From assembly GCA_043747995.1 (NCBI GenBank), contig JAYTOD010000048.1, forward strand, positions 1 through 45,944: a stretch of DNA of 45,944 nucleotides, written 5' to 3'. Position numbers and translations under genes: made by a program. Below are positions 8,188 to 19,229 of this stretch, in pieces. The stretch is from Arenimonas sp. GTDB taxonomy: Bacteria; Pseudomonadota; Gammaproteobacteria; Xanthomonadales; Xanthomonadaceae. The notes under the pieces were generated by a model. That model was not told the origin of the DNA, made no database searches, and saw only the letters and a program-made list of their open reading frames with translations. Numbering within the stretch: position 1 is the stretch's first letter; each line of letters starts with the position of its first letter.

Positions 8188-10092
8188 ATGATTAATGTAA
8201 CCCTGCCTGACGGCTCCAAGCGCCCATTCGAAAACCCTGTTTCTGTAGCTGAGGTGGCTGCCTCAATTGGCGCCGGCTTAGCGAAAGCTGCTTTAGCCGG
8301 AAAAGTTGATGGCGTATTGGTTGACACCAGCTTTGTCATCGGTAAAGACAGCCTGCTTGAAATTGTCACTGAAAAACACCCCGATGCTCTGGATATTCTG
8401 CGCCACTCTTCGGCGCATTTATTGGCGCAAGCCGTGCAGCGTTTGTACCCTGGCGCGCAAGTCACCATTGGTCCGGTAATCGACAATGGCTTTTTCTATG
8501 ATTTTGCCTATGAACGTGCTTTCACACCCGATGATTTGCCTTTGATTGAAGCTGAAATGGCTAAAATTATTAAGGAAGCGCATACGGTGTCGCGCACTGT
8601 AAAGTCACGTGATGAAGCAGTGGCATATTTTAAAAATCTCGGCGAGCATTATAAAGCTGAAATTATCGAATCAATTCCTGCAAGCGAAGATCTTTCTTTG
8701 TACTCGCAAGGCGAATTCACCGATTTGTGCCGTGGCCCACATGTGCCAAATACCGATAAACTACGCGCGATTAAGCTCATGAAAGTAGCCGGTGCGTATT
8801 GGCGCGGCGATTCCAACAACGCCATGCTCAGTCGCATTTATGGCACATCTTGGCTGAATGACAAAGACCTGAAAGCGTATTTATTCCAGCTTGAAGAAGC
8901 CGAAAAACGCGATCACCGCAAAATCGGTAAAGCCTTAAATTTATTCCATCAGCAAGAAGAAGCGCCAGGCATGGTGTTTTGGCACCCCAAAGGCTGGGCC
9001 TTGTGGCAAGTGGTTGAGCAATATATGCGTCGTGTATATCGCGATTCTGGCTATCAGGAAGTGCGTTGCCCACAAATTCTAGATGTGAGCTTATGGAAAA
9101 AATCCGGGCATTGGGATAATTTCAAAGAAAATATGTTTTTCACTGAATCGGAAAAACGCACGTATGCTGTGAAGCCGATGAATTGCCCTGGGCATATTCA
9201 AATTTTCAACCAAGGCCTGCACAGCTACCGCGACTTGCCAATCCGTTATGGCGAATTTGGTTCTTGCCATCGCAACGAGCCATCCGGTGCACTGCATGGC
9301 ATTATGCGGGTTCGCTCGTTCACCCAAGATGATGGACATATCTTCTGCACTAAACAGCAAGTTGAAGCCGAAGTCACAACTTTTCACCAGCAAGCTATGC
9401 AGGTCTATAGCGATTTCGGATTTTCCGATATTTCATTGAAGATAGCGTTGCGTCCAGAAAAGCGCTTAGGCACCGATGAAACCTGGGATTTGGCTGAAAA
9501 CGCCCTGCGTTCGGCTTTGTCGGCGTGTGATGTTGAATGGCAGGAACTGCCGGGTGAGGGTGCCTTTTATGGCCCGAAAATCGAGTACCATATGCGCGAT
9601 TCGATTGGCCGTGGTTGGCAGGTTGGCACCATGCAGGTCGATTTTATGATGCCTGAGCGTCTTGGCGCAGAATACGTCGATGAGCACTCAACACGCCAAC
9701 ATCCAGTGATGTTGCATCGCGCCATCGTTGGTTCAATGGAACGGTTCATCGGAATTCTCATTGAAAGTCACGCAGGAGTGCTTCCTACTTGGCTTTCACC
9801 GGTACAGGCGGTGGTTATGAATATCACTGATGCACAGGCCGATTATGTACAATCCATTCAGAAAGCACTAGTCCAAAAAGGCTTCCGAGTAGCAAAAGAT
9901 TTGCGTAATGAGAAAATCGGTTATAAAATTCGCGAGCATACTTTGCAACGCGTCCCGTATTTGTTAGTTATTGGTGACCGAGAAAAAGAGAATGCTCAGG
10001 TTGCGGTACGCTCACGTTCGGGCGAAGATTTAGGGGTGATGTCGTTGGATGCTTTCATCGAACGATTAAGCCATGAGACCCCACTGCATTAA
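8188..10092 (+). CDS. thrS: Threonine--tRNA ligase
   Basis: TGS N-terminus, [45 protein letters not shown]. Confidence 0.98.
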   Translation: MINVTLPDGSKRPFENPVSVAEVAASIGAGLAKAALAGKVDGVLVDTSFVIGKDSLLEIVTEKHPDALDILRHSSAHLLAQAVQRLYPGAQVTIGPVIDNGFFYDFAYERAFTPDDLPLIEAEMAKIIKEAHTVSRTVKSRDEAVAYFKNLGEHYKAEIIESIPASEDLSLYSQGEFTDLCRGPHVPNTDKLRAIKLMKVAGAYWRGDSNNAMLSRIYGTSWLNDKDLKAYLFQLEEAEKRDHRKIGKALNLFHQQEEAPGMVFWHPKGWALWQVVEQYMRRVYRDSGYQEVRCPQILDVSLWKKSGHWDNFKENMFFTESEKRTYAVKPMNCPGHIQIFNQGLHSYRDLPIRYGEFGSCHRNEPSGALHGIMRVRSFTQDDGHIFCTKQQVEAEVTTFHQQAMQVYSDFGFSDISLKIALRPEKRLGTDETWDLAENALRSALSACDVEWQELPGEGAFYGPKIEYHMRDSIGRGWQVGTMQVDFMMPERLGAEYVDEHSTRQHPVMLHRAIVGSMERFIGILIESHAGVLPTWLSPVQAVVMNITDAQADYVQSIQKALVQKGFRVAKDLRNEKIGYKIREHTLQRVPYLLVIGDREKENAQVAVRSRSGEDLGVMSLDAFIERLSHETPLH

Positions 10093-10108
10093 GCGGTGGG
10101 TTTTATTT
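10080..10108 (+). terminator. Terminator-like hairpin overlapping thrS stop
   Basis: CCCACTGC-attaa-GCGGTGGG-ttttattt. Confidence 0.5.
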
Positions 10109-10125
10109 CACAAGAGGATTCAATA

Positions 10126-10653
10126 ATCAATACGCCAGTTGCAGAAAAAGGTAATCGTAAAAACAATGAAATCCGCGTGCCACGTGTCCGTGTAATCGGT
10201 GCAGATGGCGAAATGGTCGGGGTTCTGTCCCGCGAAGAGGCTTTGGCCCTCGCTGAAGATTCCGGCATGGATTTAGTTGAAATTCAGCCAAACTCCGATC
10301 CACCGGTTTGTCGTGTGATGGACTATGGCAAATTCCGCTTCGAAGCTCAGAAGAAAGCTGCTGCCGCCAAGAAAAAGCAGAAAGTGGTCGAAATCAAGGA
10401 AGTTAAATTCCGCCCAACCACCGATGTTGGCGATTACAGCATCAAATTGCGTAACGTCCGTCGCTTCTTGGATGATGGCGACAAAGTCAAAATTAATGTT
10501 CGTTTCAAAGGTCGTGAAATGTCGCACCAAGAGCTCGGCATTGAAATGACCAAGCGCATTGAAGCCGATTTGGCTGAAGAAGCCGTGATTGAATCGCGCC
10601 CGCGCCTTGAAGGCCGGCAGATGATTATGATGATTGCGCCGAAGAAAAAGTAA
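10126..10653 (+). CDS. infC: Translation initiation factor IF-3 (probable non-canonical ATC start)
   Basis: [36 protein letters not shown]; SD GAGGA 10114-10118 lies 7 nt before in-frame ATC. Confidence 0.95.
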   Translation: MNTPVAEKGNRKNNEIRVPRVRVIGADGEMVGVLSREEALALAEDSGMDLVEIQPNSDPPVCRVMDYGKFRFEAQKKAAAAKKKQKVVEIKEVKFRPTTDVGDYSIKLRNVRRFLDDGDKVKINVRFKGREMSHQELGIEMTKRIEADLAEEAVIESRPRLEGRQMIMMIAPKKK

Positions 10654-10745
10654 GCGCTTCAACGTCAAATGCATAAATATCATGAGCATTTGCTGAATTA
10701 AAGTCAGTAAGGGCTCGTTTTTATTCAGCTTTTAAGTCTTTGGGC

Positions 10746-10774
10746 TTGTTCAAGCATGAAAAAACAGGCATAAT
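10746..10774 (+). promoter_or_regulatory. Putative internal promoter for rpmI-rplT
   Basis: TTGTTC-N17-CATAAT. Confidence 0.5.
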
Positions 10775-10936
10775 AGTCGGCTCTTGGTTCGCCAAGCGGT
10801 TGCGTAAACCGTTAGCTTTCGGGCAACGTAATGGACTTCGGGCTCATCTGAGCCCACTCGCGGCATAGGCAGGACGGAAAGAATGGTGAAAACCATCGCC
10901 TAGTCAGAACTTAACTTCAAAAAGGATATACCCCAA

Positions 10937-11140
10937 ATGGCCAAGAATAAAATCAAGACCAACCGGGCGGCAGCTAAGCGTTTCAGAAAAACAGCTTCCG
11001 GCAAATACAAGTGCGGCCACGCAAATCGTAGCCACATCCTCACCAAGAAATCGACTACACGTAAACGTAATCTGCGCCAAAAGAATCATGTGCGTGCAGA
11101 AGACGCGGGTCGTTTAGATCGCATGCTACCCTATCTTTAA
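10937..11140 (+). CDS. rpmI: 50S ribosomal protein L35
   Basis: [12 protein letters not shown]...HILTKKS...RMLPY. Confidence 0.97.
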   Translation: MAKNKIKTNRAAAKRFRKTASGKYKCGHANRSHILTKKSTTRKRNLRQKNHVRAEDAGRLDRMLPYL

Positions 11141-11153
11141 GGAGGATTGAAAC

Positions 11154-11513
11154 ATGGCACGAATCAAACGTGGTGTAACGGCACGCGCCCGTCACAAAAA
11201 AATTCTTAAACTGGCCAAAGGCTATTATGGCGCTCGCCGTAAAGTTTTCCGTGTTGCCAAACAAGCAGTCACCAAAGCTGCTCAATACGCATACATCGGC
11301 CGTAAACAACGTAAACGTCAGTTCCGTAGCTTATGGATTGTTCGCATCAATGCGGCAGCCCGTATGCATGGTCTGAGCTACAGCCGTTTTATGAACGGTG
11401 TATTGAAAGCCAATATCAAGCTTGATCGTAAAGCCTTGGCCGATATCGCCATTCATGATGCAAATGCGTTTGCAAAAATCGCTGAGCAAGCAAAGAACGC
11501 TCTCGCTGCGTAA
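11154..11513 (+). CDS. rplT: 50S ribosomal protein L20
   Basis: MARIKRGV...AKGYYGAR...[17 protein letters not shown]. Confidence 0.98.
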   Translation: MARIKRGVTARARHKKILKLAKGYYGARRKVFRVAKQAVTKAAQYAYIGRKQRKRQFRSLWIVRINAAARMHGLSYSRFMNGVLKANIKLDRKALADIAIHDANAFAKIAEQAKNALAA

Positions 11514-11561
11514 TTCGCTGTAGTAGTGGTTTATAGGAGAGGCTGTAGCCGCACCTTGTAA

Positions 11562-12634
<1,073 letters not shown>

Positions 12635-12635
<1 letters not shown>

Positions 12636-12706
12636 TAGGCGCGCCAAGGCACGCCCTATGGATTATTGAGATTGGCGAGCCAAGGCACGCCCTATGGATT
12701 GTTGAG
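12635..12706. repeat. Tandem pair of 36-bp units with REP-like palindrome
   Basis: ataggcgcgccaaggcacgccctatggattattgag / attggcgagccaaggcacgccctatggattgttgag (3 mismatches). Confidence 0.9.
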
Positions 12707-12708
12707 TT

Positions 12709-15084
12709 ATGAAATTCCCTGAAAGTTGGTTACGACAACATGTGCAAACAACAGCCAGTCATGAGCAGCTTTCTGCCTGCCTTACTGCCATTGGTTTGGA
12801 AGTGGAAGAAGATACCGCTATTGGTGCTGCGCTTGAAGGCGTTATTGTGGCTGAAATCGTTTCGATACAGAAACACCCAGAAGCCGATCGCTTGAATGTT
12901 TGCCAAGTGGCTATTGGCCACCAGAAAACTGTGCAGATTGTGTGTGGTGCGCCCAATGCCCGTGTTGGCTTGAAAGCACCGCTGGCGCAGATTGATGCCA
13001 AGTTGCCGGGTGATTTTGAAATTAAAGCCGCCAAACTGCGCGGTGTTGAATCGTTTGGCATGCTGTGCTCAGCCAAAGAGCTGGGCATTGATGCGGAAGC
13101 ATCTGGACTTTTGGAATTGCCGGAAGATGCCGTTGTTGGTGTTGCCCTAGCGGAATACCTTGGCTTGCCAGATGCGCGTTTCGAATTAAAATTAACGCCA
13201 AATCGTGCCGATTGCTTTTCGATTCGTGGCATTGCCTTTGATGTGGCCGCCGCATTGCAGACTCAGGTTACTGCCATGCAAATACCGGAAGTGCCCGTTA
13301 CTAGCAATAAAATCTTAGCGATTACGATTGACGCCAAAGCTGATTGCCCACGCTATTGTGGCCGAATTATTGAAGGTTTGAACAGTGTTGCAAAATCGCC
13401 GCTTTGGCTAAGCGAAAAACTCAAACGTGCTGGCATTCGGCCAGTTAGCCCTTTAGTGGATATCACCCAGTTTGTAATGCTCGAACTCGGCCAGCCGATG
13501 CATGCCTTTGATGCTGATAAACTCAGCGGCCCAATTGGTGTGCGTCGTGCCCATGCCAATGAAAACTGTCAGCTATTAGACTCGCGCGAGGTAACGCTTA
13601 GCCCAGAATTTCTGGTTGTTACTGATAACGATAAAGCGATTGCAGTGGCTGGCGTAATGGGCGGTTTAGCGAGTAGCGTATCTGATGCCACCACCTCGGT
13701 GTTTCTGGAAAGCGCGCATTTCATTCCGAGTGTGATTATTGGCCGTTCGCGCAAGCTTGGCTTGCACACCGATGCCTCGCACCGTTTTGAGCGCGGCGTG
13801 GATCCGCAATTGCCGTTACTGGCATTGGAGCGTGCTAGTGCTTTAGTGCTGGAAATTATGGGCGGCAATGCCGGCCCAATTACAATTGCTGAGGCGCCTG
13901 AGTTTATCGAAACCGCCATACCGGTTGGTTTGCGCCGTATGCGCTTAGAACGCGTTCTTGGCATGAGTGTACCTGATGCGCGCGTTGAGCAGATTCTGCG
14001 TGCCCTGGGCATGCAGGTTCAGCCTGAAGCGCATGGCTGGCAGGTATTAGCGCCAAGCCGTCGCTTCGATATCGCCATTGAAGAAGACCTGATTGAAGAA
14101 ATTGCCCGCATTGTTGGCTATGAGCACATTCCAGTGCGCACGCCAAGCGGTGAAGTGCCGCTGGTGTCGCGTTCTGAATTGAGTTTGGATGAGTCGGCAT
14201 TACGGGCACAGATGTTAGCCATGGATGTGCAGGAAACCATTAACTACGCGTTTGTGGATGCTAGTGTGCTGAATGATTGGCAGCTTAGCCAAGGCGCAGT
14301 TGCGCTGGCTAATCCGCTAAGCGCCGAATTGGCAGTAATGCGCACCTCTTTATTGCCGGGCTTAGTGAAAACTTTAATCAATAACAGCGCCCGCCAACAA
14401 ACACGCCTACGTTTATTCGAAATGGGTCGCGTGTTCAGCCTGCAAGATGGCGCCGCACCGCTTGAGCAACAAACACTTTCTGCGATATTCACTGGTGCAT
14501 CTTGGGCTGAGCAATGGTCAGTAAAATCTGCGCCAGTTGATTTTTATGATGTTAAAGCCGTGCTCGATGCAACATTAGCCAGTGCAGGGTTTGCCGCGCG
14601 CTATCAGGCATCCACACAATCGTTTTTGCATCCAGGCCGCAGTGCCAATGTATTCATTGATGACCGGCTCGTTGGCTGCATAGGCGCTTTACATCCGGGC
14701 TTGAATAAAACCTTGGATCTGCCGGCCGATGTGTATGCTTTTGAGTTGAATTTATCAGCACTGCCATTGCGCCAGTTGCCGAAGACGGTTGCTGTATCAC
14801 GCTTTCCCAGCGTGCGCCGTGATTTAGCTTTGCTGGTTCCTGAGTCGATTTCTTGGGGCGAAATAGAGCGTTGTGTGCAAGCTGTACTCGGCTCGCGCTT
14901 ACAATCGGTAAGTGTTTTTGATCAATACCACGGCGTTGGTTTGCCGGATAATACAAAAAGTCTCGCTATAGGCTTGATTTTACATGATATTTCGCGCACT
15001 CTAAACGACGTAGAGATTGAGCAATCGGTTTCCGATGTAATAACCCAGCTCGGCAAGGACTGCCAAGCCGTATTGCGCGGATAA
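12709..15084 (+). CDS. pheT: Phenylalanine--tRNA ligase beta subunit
   Basis: HPEADRL, IVCGAPN, TPNRADC, RFERGVD, DLIEEIARIVGY, FDX-ACB domain SRFPSVRRDLA. Confidence 0.98.
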   Translation: MKFPESWLRQHVQTTASHEQLSACLTAIGLEVEEDTAIGAALEGVIVAEIVSIQKHPEADRLNVCQVAIGHQKTVQIVCGAPNARVGLKAPLAQIDAKLPGDFEIKAAKLRGVESFGMLCSAKELGIDAEASGLLELPEDAVVGVALAEYLGLPDARFELKLTPNRADCFSIRGIAFDVAAALQTQVTAMQIPEVPVTSNKILAITIDAKADCPRYCGRIIEGLNSVAKSPLWLSEKLKRAGIRPVSPLVDITQFVMLELGQPMHAFDADKLSGPIGVRRAHANENCQLLDSREVTLSPEFLVVTDNDKAIAVAGVMGGLASSVSDATTSVFLESAHFIPSVIIGRSRKLGLHTDASHRFERGVDPQLPLLALERASALVLEIMGGNAGPITIAEAPEFIETAIPVGLRRMRLERVLGMSVPDARVEQILRALGMQVQPEAHGWQVLAPSRRFDIAIEEDLIEEIARIVGYEHIPVRTPSGEVPLVSRSELSLDESALRAQMLAMDVQETINYAFVDASVLNDWQLSQGAVALANPLSAELAVMRTSLLPGLVKTLINNSARQQTRLRLFEMGRVFSLQDGAAPLEQQTLSAIFTGASWAEQWSVKSAPVDFYDVKAVLDATLASAGFAARYQASTQSFLHPGRSANVFIDDRLVGCIGALHPGLNKTLDLPADVYAFELNLSALPLRQLPKTVAVSRFPSVRRDLALLVPESISWGEIERCVQAVLGSRLQSVSVFDQYHGVGLPDNTKSLAIGLILHDISRTLNDVEIEQSVSDVITQLGKDCQAVLRG

Positions 15085-15108
15085 TTTTATTCTTATTTGA
15101 GGTGATTT

Positions 15109-15408
15109 ATGGCGTTAACAAAAGCAGAAATGGCAGATCGTTTGTTTGAAGAAGTTGGTTTGAATAAACGTGAAGCAAAGGAATTTGTCGACATGTTTTT
15201 TGACACTCTACGTTCGGCGTTGGAATCTGGTCGACAAGTAAAATTATCAGGATTTGGTAATTTTGATTTGCGCCATAAAAGCCAACGGCCTGGTCGTAAT
15301 CCAAAAACAGGTGAAGAGATACCCATTACTGCACGCACCGTGGTAACCTTTCGTCCTGGCCAAAAATTAAAAGAACGAGTTGAAAGTTATGCTGGATCCG
15401 AGTTGTAA
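15109..15408 (+). CDS. ihfA: Integration host factor alpha
   Basis: [31 protein letters not shown]; position after pheT. Confidence 0.97.
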   Translation: MALTKAEMADRLFEEVGLNKREAKEFVDMFFDTLRSALESGRQVKLSGFGNFDLRHKSQRPGRNPKTGEEIPITARTVVTFRPGQKLKERVESYAGSEL

Positions 15409-15745
15409 TAAAGAGCTGCCTGAAATACCCGCAAAGCGCTATTTCACCATTGGCGAAGTCAGTGAATTGTGTGATGTAAAGCAGCATGTGTTGCGTTACT
15501 GGGAAACCGAGTTCGAAACTCTAAATCCAGTTAAGCGCCGTGGCAATCGCCGTTATTATCAACGCCATGATGTACTTAAAGTTCGAGAAATTCGCGATCT
15601 TTTATACCAACAAGGCTATACCATTGGTGGCGCGCGCTTACAATTAGAAGGCCATTCGAAAACACAGTTCAATAAAGCCAATACGTTGCTTGAAAGCAAG
15701 CAGTTGCGTACAGATTTAGAAGAGATTTTACACATTCTCAACTGA
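15389..15745 (+). CDS. MerR-family regulator conserved downstream of ihfA
   Basis: [28 protein letters not shown]; ATG 15389 overlaps ihfA. Confidence 0.9.
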   Translation: MLDPSCNKELPEIPAKRYFTIGEVSELCDVKQHVLRYWETEFETLNPVKRRGNRRYYQRHDVLKVREIRDLLYQQGYTIGGARLQLEGHSKTQFNKANTLLESKQLRTDLEEILHILN

Positions 15746-15772
15746 TGCCAGTAGGACACTCAATTTATATGT

Positions 15773-15849
15773 CGGGGCGTAGCGCAGCCTGGTAGCGCAT
15801 TTGCCTGGGGGGCAAAGGGTCGTGAGTTCAAATCTCGCCGTCCCGACCA
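15773..15849 (+). tRNA. tRNA-Pro(GGG)
   Basis: CGGGGCGTAGCGCAGCCTGGTAGCGCA-TTTGC-CT-GGG-GG-GCAAA...GTTCAAATC...CGTCCCGACCA. Confidence 0.96.
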
Positions 15850-15861
15850 ATAAATATTATA

Positions 15862-15936
15862 TGTAGGGGCGGCCCGATGTGACCGCCCTGATGTTTCACG
15901 TATAAAGTTGGGTGGCCACATCGGGCCGCCCCTACA
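15862..15936. repeat. REPIN-like inverted doublet of GTAG-type REP
   Basis: TGTAGGGGCGGCCCGATGTGACCGCCC (15862-15888), 21-nt spacer, GGGTGGCCACATCGGGCCGCCCCTACA (15910-15936); 25/27 complementary. Confidence 0.85.
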
Positions 15937-15939
15937 AGA

Positions 15940-17709
15940 TCAAAACAAATCGCTGTCTAAATTCATCAACGTGCCGCTGCCGCTTCGCAAACTGCTGGCA
16001 TGTTGTTGGGCACGTGGCAAGATACGTGCAAAATAAAAGCGCGCAGTCTCTAGCTTTGATGTGGCGAATGCCGCATCATTGCCTGCGCTGGCTATTTGCG
16101 CCGATTGCGCCAGCCAATACGCTAAGCAACTATAGGCCGATAAAAATAAATAATCATACGAGCTCGCGCCCACTTCTTCTGGATTGGTCGCTGATTTTTC
16201 TGCTATTTCCTGCGAAACATCAGCCCAAAGCGCTGCTGTTTCTTGAAGTATTGGCGTGAATTCACTATCCGGATAATTTTTACAATAGTCATTAATTTGT
16301 GCCAGAAAGACCTTCAGCCCTGCACCTTGTGTATGTAGTGTTTTTCGGCCTATTAAATCAAGTGCCTGAATCTGCGTGGTGCCTTCATAAATAGTGGTGA
16401 TTCGAGCATCACGCGCTAATTGCTCCATGCCCCATTCCTGCACATAACCATGGCCGCCAAAACATTGCAGGGCATGATAGGCGCATTCATTGGCCCATTC
16501 AGTCAGTGCAGCTTTAACAATAGGGGTTAGAAAGCCGAGGTACATTTCTGCTTGGGCTTTTCGCTCCGGATCTTGCGTGCGATCAGCTCTATCAATTTGC
16601 ACAGTAGCCTGATAAGCCAAACAACGCGCGCCTTCGGTTAGAGCCTTGCAAGTCAGTAACATACGCCGCACATCGGGGTGCACTATTATTGGATCAGCCG
16701 CTTTTTCGGGAAATTTAGCACCACTTAGCGAGCGCATTTGCAGACGATCACGGCTATAAGCCAAGGCATTTTGATATGCCCGATCCATCAGTCCCAAACC
16801 TTGCAATCCTACTGCAATGCGCGCTGAATTCATCATAATAAACATCGCATTTAAACCGCGATGCGCTTCACCGATTAAGTAGCCTTTGGCATCATCAAAA
16901 TGCATGACACAGGTTGCCGAACCATGGATGCCCATTTTATGTTCAATAGATCCGCAGCGAACTGTGTTCGCATCCAATAGCTCGCCAGTTTGATCAACAT
17001 TAATTTTTGGCACAATAAATAAAGAAATGCCTTTCACACCAGCAGGTGCATCGGGCAAGCGCGCTAGCACTAAATGAATGATATTGTCGGTTAGATCATG
17101 CTCGCCACCGGTGATAAATATTTTGGTACCTGAAATTGCGAAACTGCCGTCAGCATTTGGTGTTGCACGTGTTTTCAGTAAACCTAAATCTGAGCCGCAA
17201 TGTGGTTCGGTGAGGCACATGGTGCCAGTCCAACGGCCTTCGGTAATTGCTTTTAGGAAAATTTCCTGTTGCCATGCATCACCATAATGTTTCAAGGCTT
17301 CAACGGCGCCATGTGAAAGCAAGGGGTAATTTCCCCACGATAAATTCGCACCATCAATCATCTCTTTAAAAACACAGGCTAAGCTTTCCGGCATATTTTG
17401 CCCGCCAAGTTCTTCAGATGCAGTTAGGCCGCTCCAGCCCGCTTCAACAAATTGCAGATAGGCTTGCCTAAAGCCATCTGGGGTTGTTACTTTGCCGCTG
17501 TCTTTGTCAAAACGGCAGCCCTGCTGATCGCCACTACTGTTTAGTGGTGAAAGTACTTGCTCAGAAAATTTAGCGGCCTCTTCTAAAACAGCGTCAAGAA
17601 TTTCGCGATCTGTGTTGTCGAAACCAAGTTGTTGATAGGTTTGTTCGGCCTGCAATAGGTCGAACATCACAAATTTCATATCTTTCAAGGGTGCTTTATA
17701 AGTATTCAT
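15940..17709 (-). CDS. Acyl-CoA dehydrogenase (long type with C-terminal domain)
   Basis: GTMCLTEPHCGSDLG, GTKIFIT, EHKMGIHGSAT, GGHGY, IYEGTTQIQALDL. Confidence 0.92.
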   Translation of the reverse strand: MNTYKAPLKDMKFVMFDLLQAEQTYQQLGFDNTDREILDAVLEEAAKFSEQVLSPLNSSGDQQGCRFDKDSGKVTTPDGFRQAYLQFVEAGWSGLTASEELGGQNMPESLACVFKEMIDGANLSWGNYPLLSHGAVEALKHYGDAWQQEIFLKAITEGRWTGTMCLTEPHCGSDLGLLKTRATPNADGSFAISGTKIFITGGEHDLTDNIIHLVLARLPDAPAGVKGISLFIVPKINVDQTGELLDANTVRCGSIEHKMGIHGSATCVMHFDDAKGYLIGEAHRGLNAMFIMMNSARIAVGLQGLGLMDRAYQNALAYSRDRLQMRSLSGAKFPEKAADPIIVHPDVRRMLLTCKALTEGARCLAYQATVQIDRADRTQDPERKAQAEMYLGFLTPIVKAALTEWANECAYHALQCFGGHGYVQEWGMEQLARDARITTIYEGTTQIQALDLIGRKTLHTQGAGLKVFLAQINDYCKNYPDSEFTPILQETAALWADVSQEIAEKSATNPEEVGASSYDYLFLSAYSCLAYWLAQSAQIASAGNDAAFATSKLETARFYFARILPRAQQHASSLRSGSGTLMNLDSDLF

Positions 17710-17724
17710 AGGAGTTCAGTGGAG

Positions 17725-18192
17725 TTAACGGAAAACGCCATCTAGCCCTGGGGCTGGATTTAAGCGGCCTTGATAATCAAGCGTGTAAGTTTTGTTAGGA
17801 TCGATGCTTTGGATACTGCCTTGTAGCGCATAACGAATTGACTGGGATTTATTCAAACGATCGCTTAGCACTTGTGATATTTTGGCATTGAATGGAATGT
17901 TGAGTGTGAATATTTCGGCATTATTAGGGCCAATTTTTTGGGATTCAGCGGGCGCAATCGTGGTCCATTCCAAATCCTGAATCTGCACGTTCAGCGCTAG
18001 GTTTTTGAATTCGACAGCGCCTGTGCTGAAGTTCTGAATGCGGACCTGCGCCTGCCATTGGCCATTACCAAGGTGTTGCAGTTGTTGTAGGCTGGCTTGC
18101 GGTGGAAAGTAGCGTTTGGTTGGCGCGCTTGAACAACTGCAAAGTAGTATTGCGATACTAAAGCTTAAACCTAGCAAGGTCGAAGTGCGCAT
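17725..18192 (-). CDS. Lipoprotein, probable LEA_2/WHy-like fold
   Basis: Signal peptide with lipobox-like LLCSC; beta-rich body (QVRIQNFS, IRYALQGSI); start at ATG 18192 since the longer ORF runs through tRNA-Phe. Confidence 0.65.
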   Translation of the reverse strand: MRTSTLLGLSFSIAILLCSCSSAPTKRYFPPQASLQQLQHLGNGQWQAQVRIQNFSTGAVEFKNLALNVQIQDLEWTTIAPAESQKIGPNNAEIFTLNIPFNAKISQVLSDRLNKSQSIRYALQGSIQSIDPNKTYTLDYQGRLNPAPGLDGVFR

Positions 18193-18240
18193 GGGCTTCC
18201 AATTATGAGTAAATATTTTTTTAAGCATAACACTTAGTAA

Positions 18241-18275
18241 ATACAAAAAACCCCGCCGAAGCAGAGTTTTGGTAT
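18241..18275 (-). terminator. Intrinsic terminator after tRNA-Phe
   Basis: Minus strand AAAACTCTGC-TTCG-GCGGGGTTTT-TTGTAT. Confidence 0.8.
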
Positions 18276-18278
18276 AAA

Positions 18279-18354
18279 TGGTGGCCAATCTCGGAATCGA
18301 ACCAAGGACACAGGGATTTTCAATCCCTTGCTCTACCAACTGAGCTAATTGGCC
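18279..18354 (-). tRNA. tRNA-Phe(GAA)
   Basis: Reverse complement GGCCAATTAGCTCAGTTGGTAGAGCA-AGGGA-TT-GAA-AA-TCCCT...GGTTCGATTCC...ATTGGCCACCA. Confidence 0.97.
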
Positions 18355-18379
18355 ACGGGCATTGCTGCCTAAGCCGACT

Positions 18380-18408
18380 ATTGTATGGCTTAGGGCTGAA
18401 TTTGGCAA
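18380..18408 (-). promoter_or_regulatory. Putative sigma70 promoter of tRNA-Phe
   Basis: Minus strand TTGCCA-N17-TACAAT. Confidence 0.65.
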
Positions 18409-18502
18409 GCCGATTTATCTAAGTATTGGCTGAATGGCTTTCATACTTAACTGACAAAAACACATGGCTTTGATAGTGTGTAGTTCCACATGGGAGAAAA
18501 AC

Positions 18503-18961
18503 ATGCATAGCTTGAAATATGCAGTTGTGTTTTTAAGTTTGATGGCGGGAACCAGCATTGCGCTTGAAAAGCCAGTGCAGAAAGTGGATAAATATGCACA
18601 ACGCAAAGCGTTTGTTAGCGAGTTTGTTGGCGAAGCCAAGAATTCAGTGCCATTTACACGCAGTTATGATTTTGAACCTTTAGGTGATGATGCTTTATTG
18701 CTTTGGGAAGCTAGCAACAGAGCCTATTTGTTGGATGTAGACCAGTTTTGCCGAAATTTAACTTGGGCGCATGCAATACAAATCGATAATAAAGGCTCTA
18801 GCATAAACGCTAAGTTCGATTCAATAAAAGTGCTTAGTAACAACAATAGCTTTAATGATAAATGCCGTATTCTAGAAATTAGGCCTGTTGATGTTAAGGC
18901 CATGAAAGCGGCTGAAAAAGCCAAGCGTGAGTTAGAAAAGGCCGAAAAACTCTCAAAATAG
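18503..18961 (+). CDS. Exported protein, DUF6491-like
   Basis: SD GGGAG, signal peptide, LLLW....RAYLL....C..L..A..I...KFD.I....CRI.EIRPVD pattern. Confidence 0.6.
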   Translation: MHSLKYAVVFLSLMAGTSIALEKPVQKVDKYAQRKAFVSEFVGEAKNSVPFTRSYDFEPLGDDALLLWEASNRAYLLDVDQFCRNLTWAHAIQIDNKGSSINAKFDSIKVLSNNNSFNDKCRILEIRPVDVKAMKAAEKAKRELEKAEKLSK

Positions 18962-18962
18962 T

Positions 18963-19229
18963 TTATTCGGGCGTATAGCCAGCTGGTTTTTCTGCACCAT
19001 CGCCAAATAGATATTTTTCCATTTCGGTTTGCAAATAGGCACGATGCTTCGGATCTAATGGTGAAAGCCGGTTTTCATTAATCAGCATAGTTTGATGTGC
19101 TAGCCATTCGGCCCAAGCAATTTTGCCAATATGTTCAAATACGCGCTTGCCCAATTCGCCCGGCCAAGGAATAAAATCTAGGCCTTCGGCTTCGGTTTGG
19201 GTTTTTTGACAGAACACAATACGACTCAT
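18963..19229 (-). CDS. yggX: Oxidative damage protection / Fe(II)-trafficking protein YggX
   Basis: [30 protein letters not shown]; ATGA overlap with mutY. Confidence 0.93.
   Translation of the reverse strand: MSRIVFCQKTQTEAEGLDFIPWPGELGKRVFEHIGKIAWAEWLAHQTMLINENRLSPLDPKHRAYLQTEMEKYLFGDGAEKPAGYTPE

Noticed and set aside
15912-16259. 115-aa plus-strand ORF after tRNA-Pro
   Set aside because: Starts inside the REPIN, antisense to an acyl-CoA dehydrogenase, no recognisable motifs
15850-18278. Prophage or integrative element between tRNA-Pro and tRNA-Phe
   Set aside because: No integrase, no att duplication seen; only an acyl-CoA dehydrogenase and a lipoprotein
18193-18408. N-terminal extension of ORF 17725..18408
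   Set aside because: Runs through tRNA-Phe, its promoter and terminator; the signal peptide begins at ATG 18192
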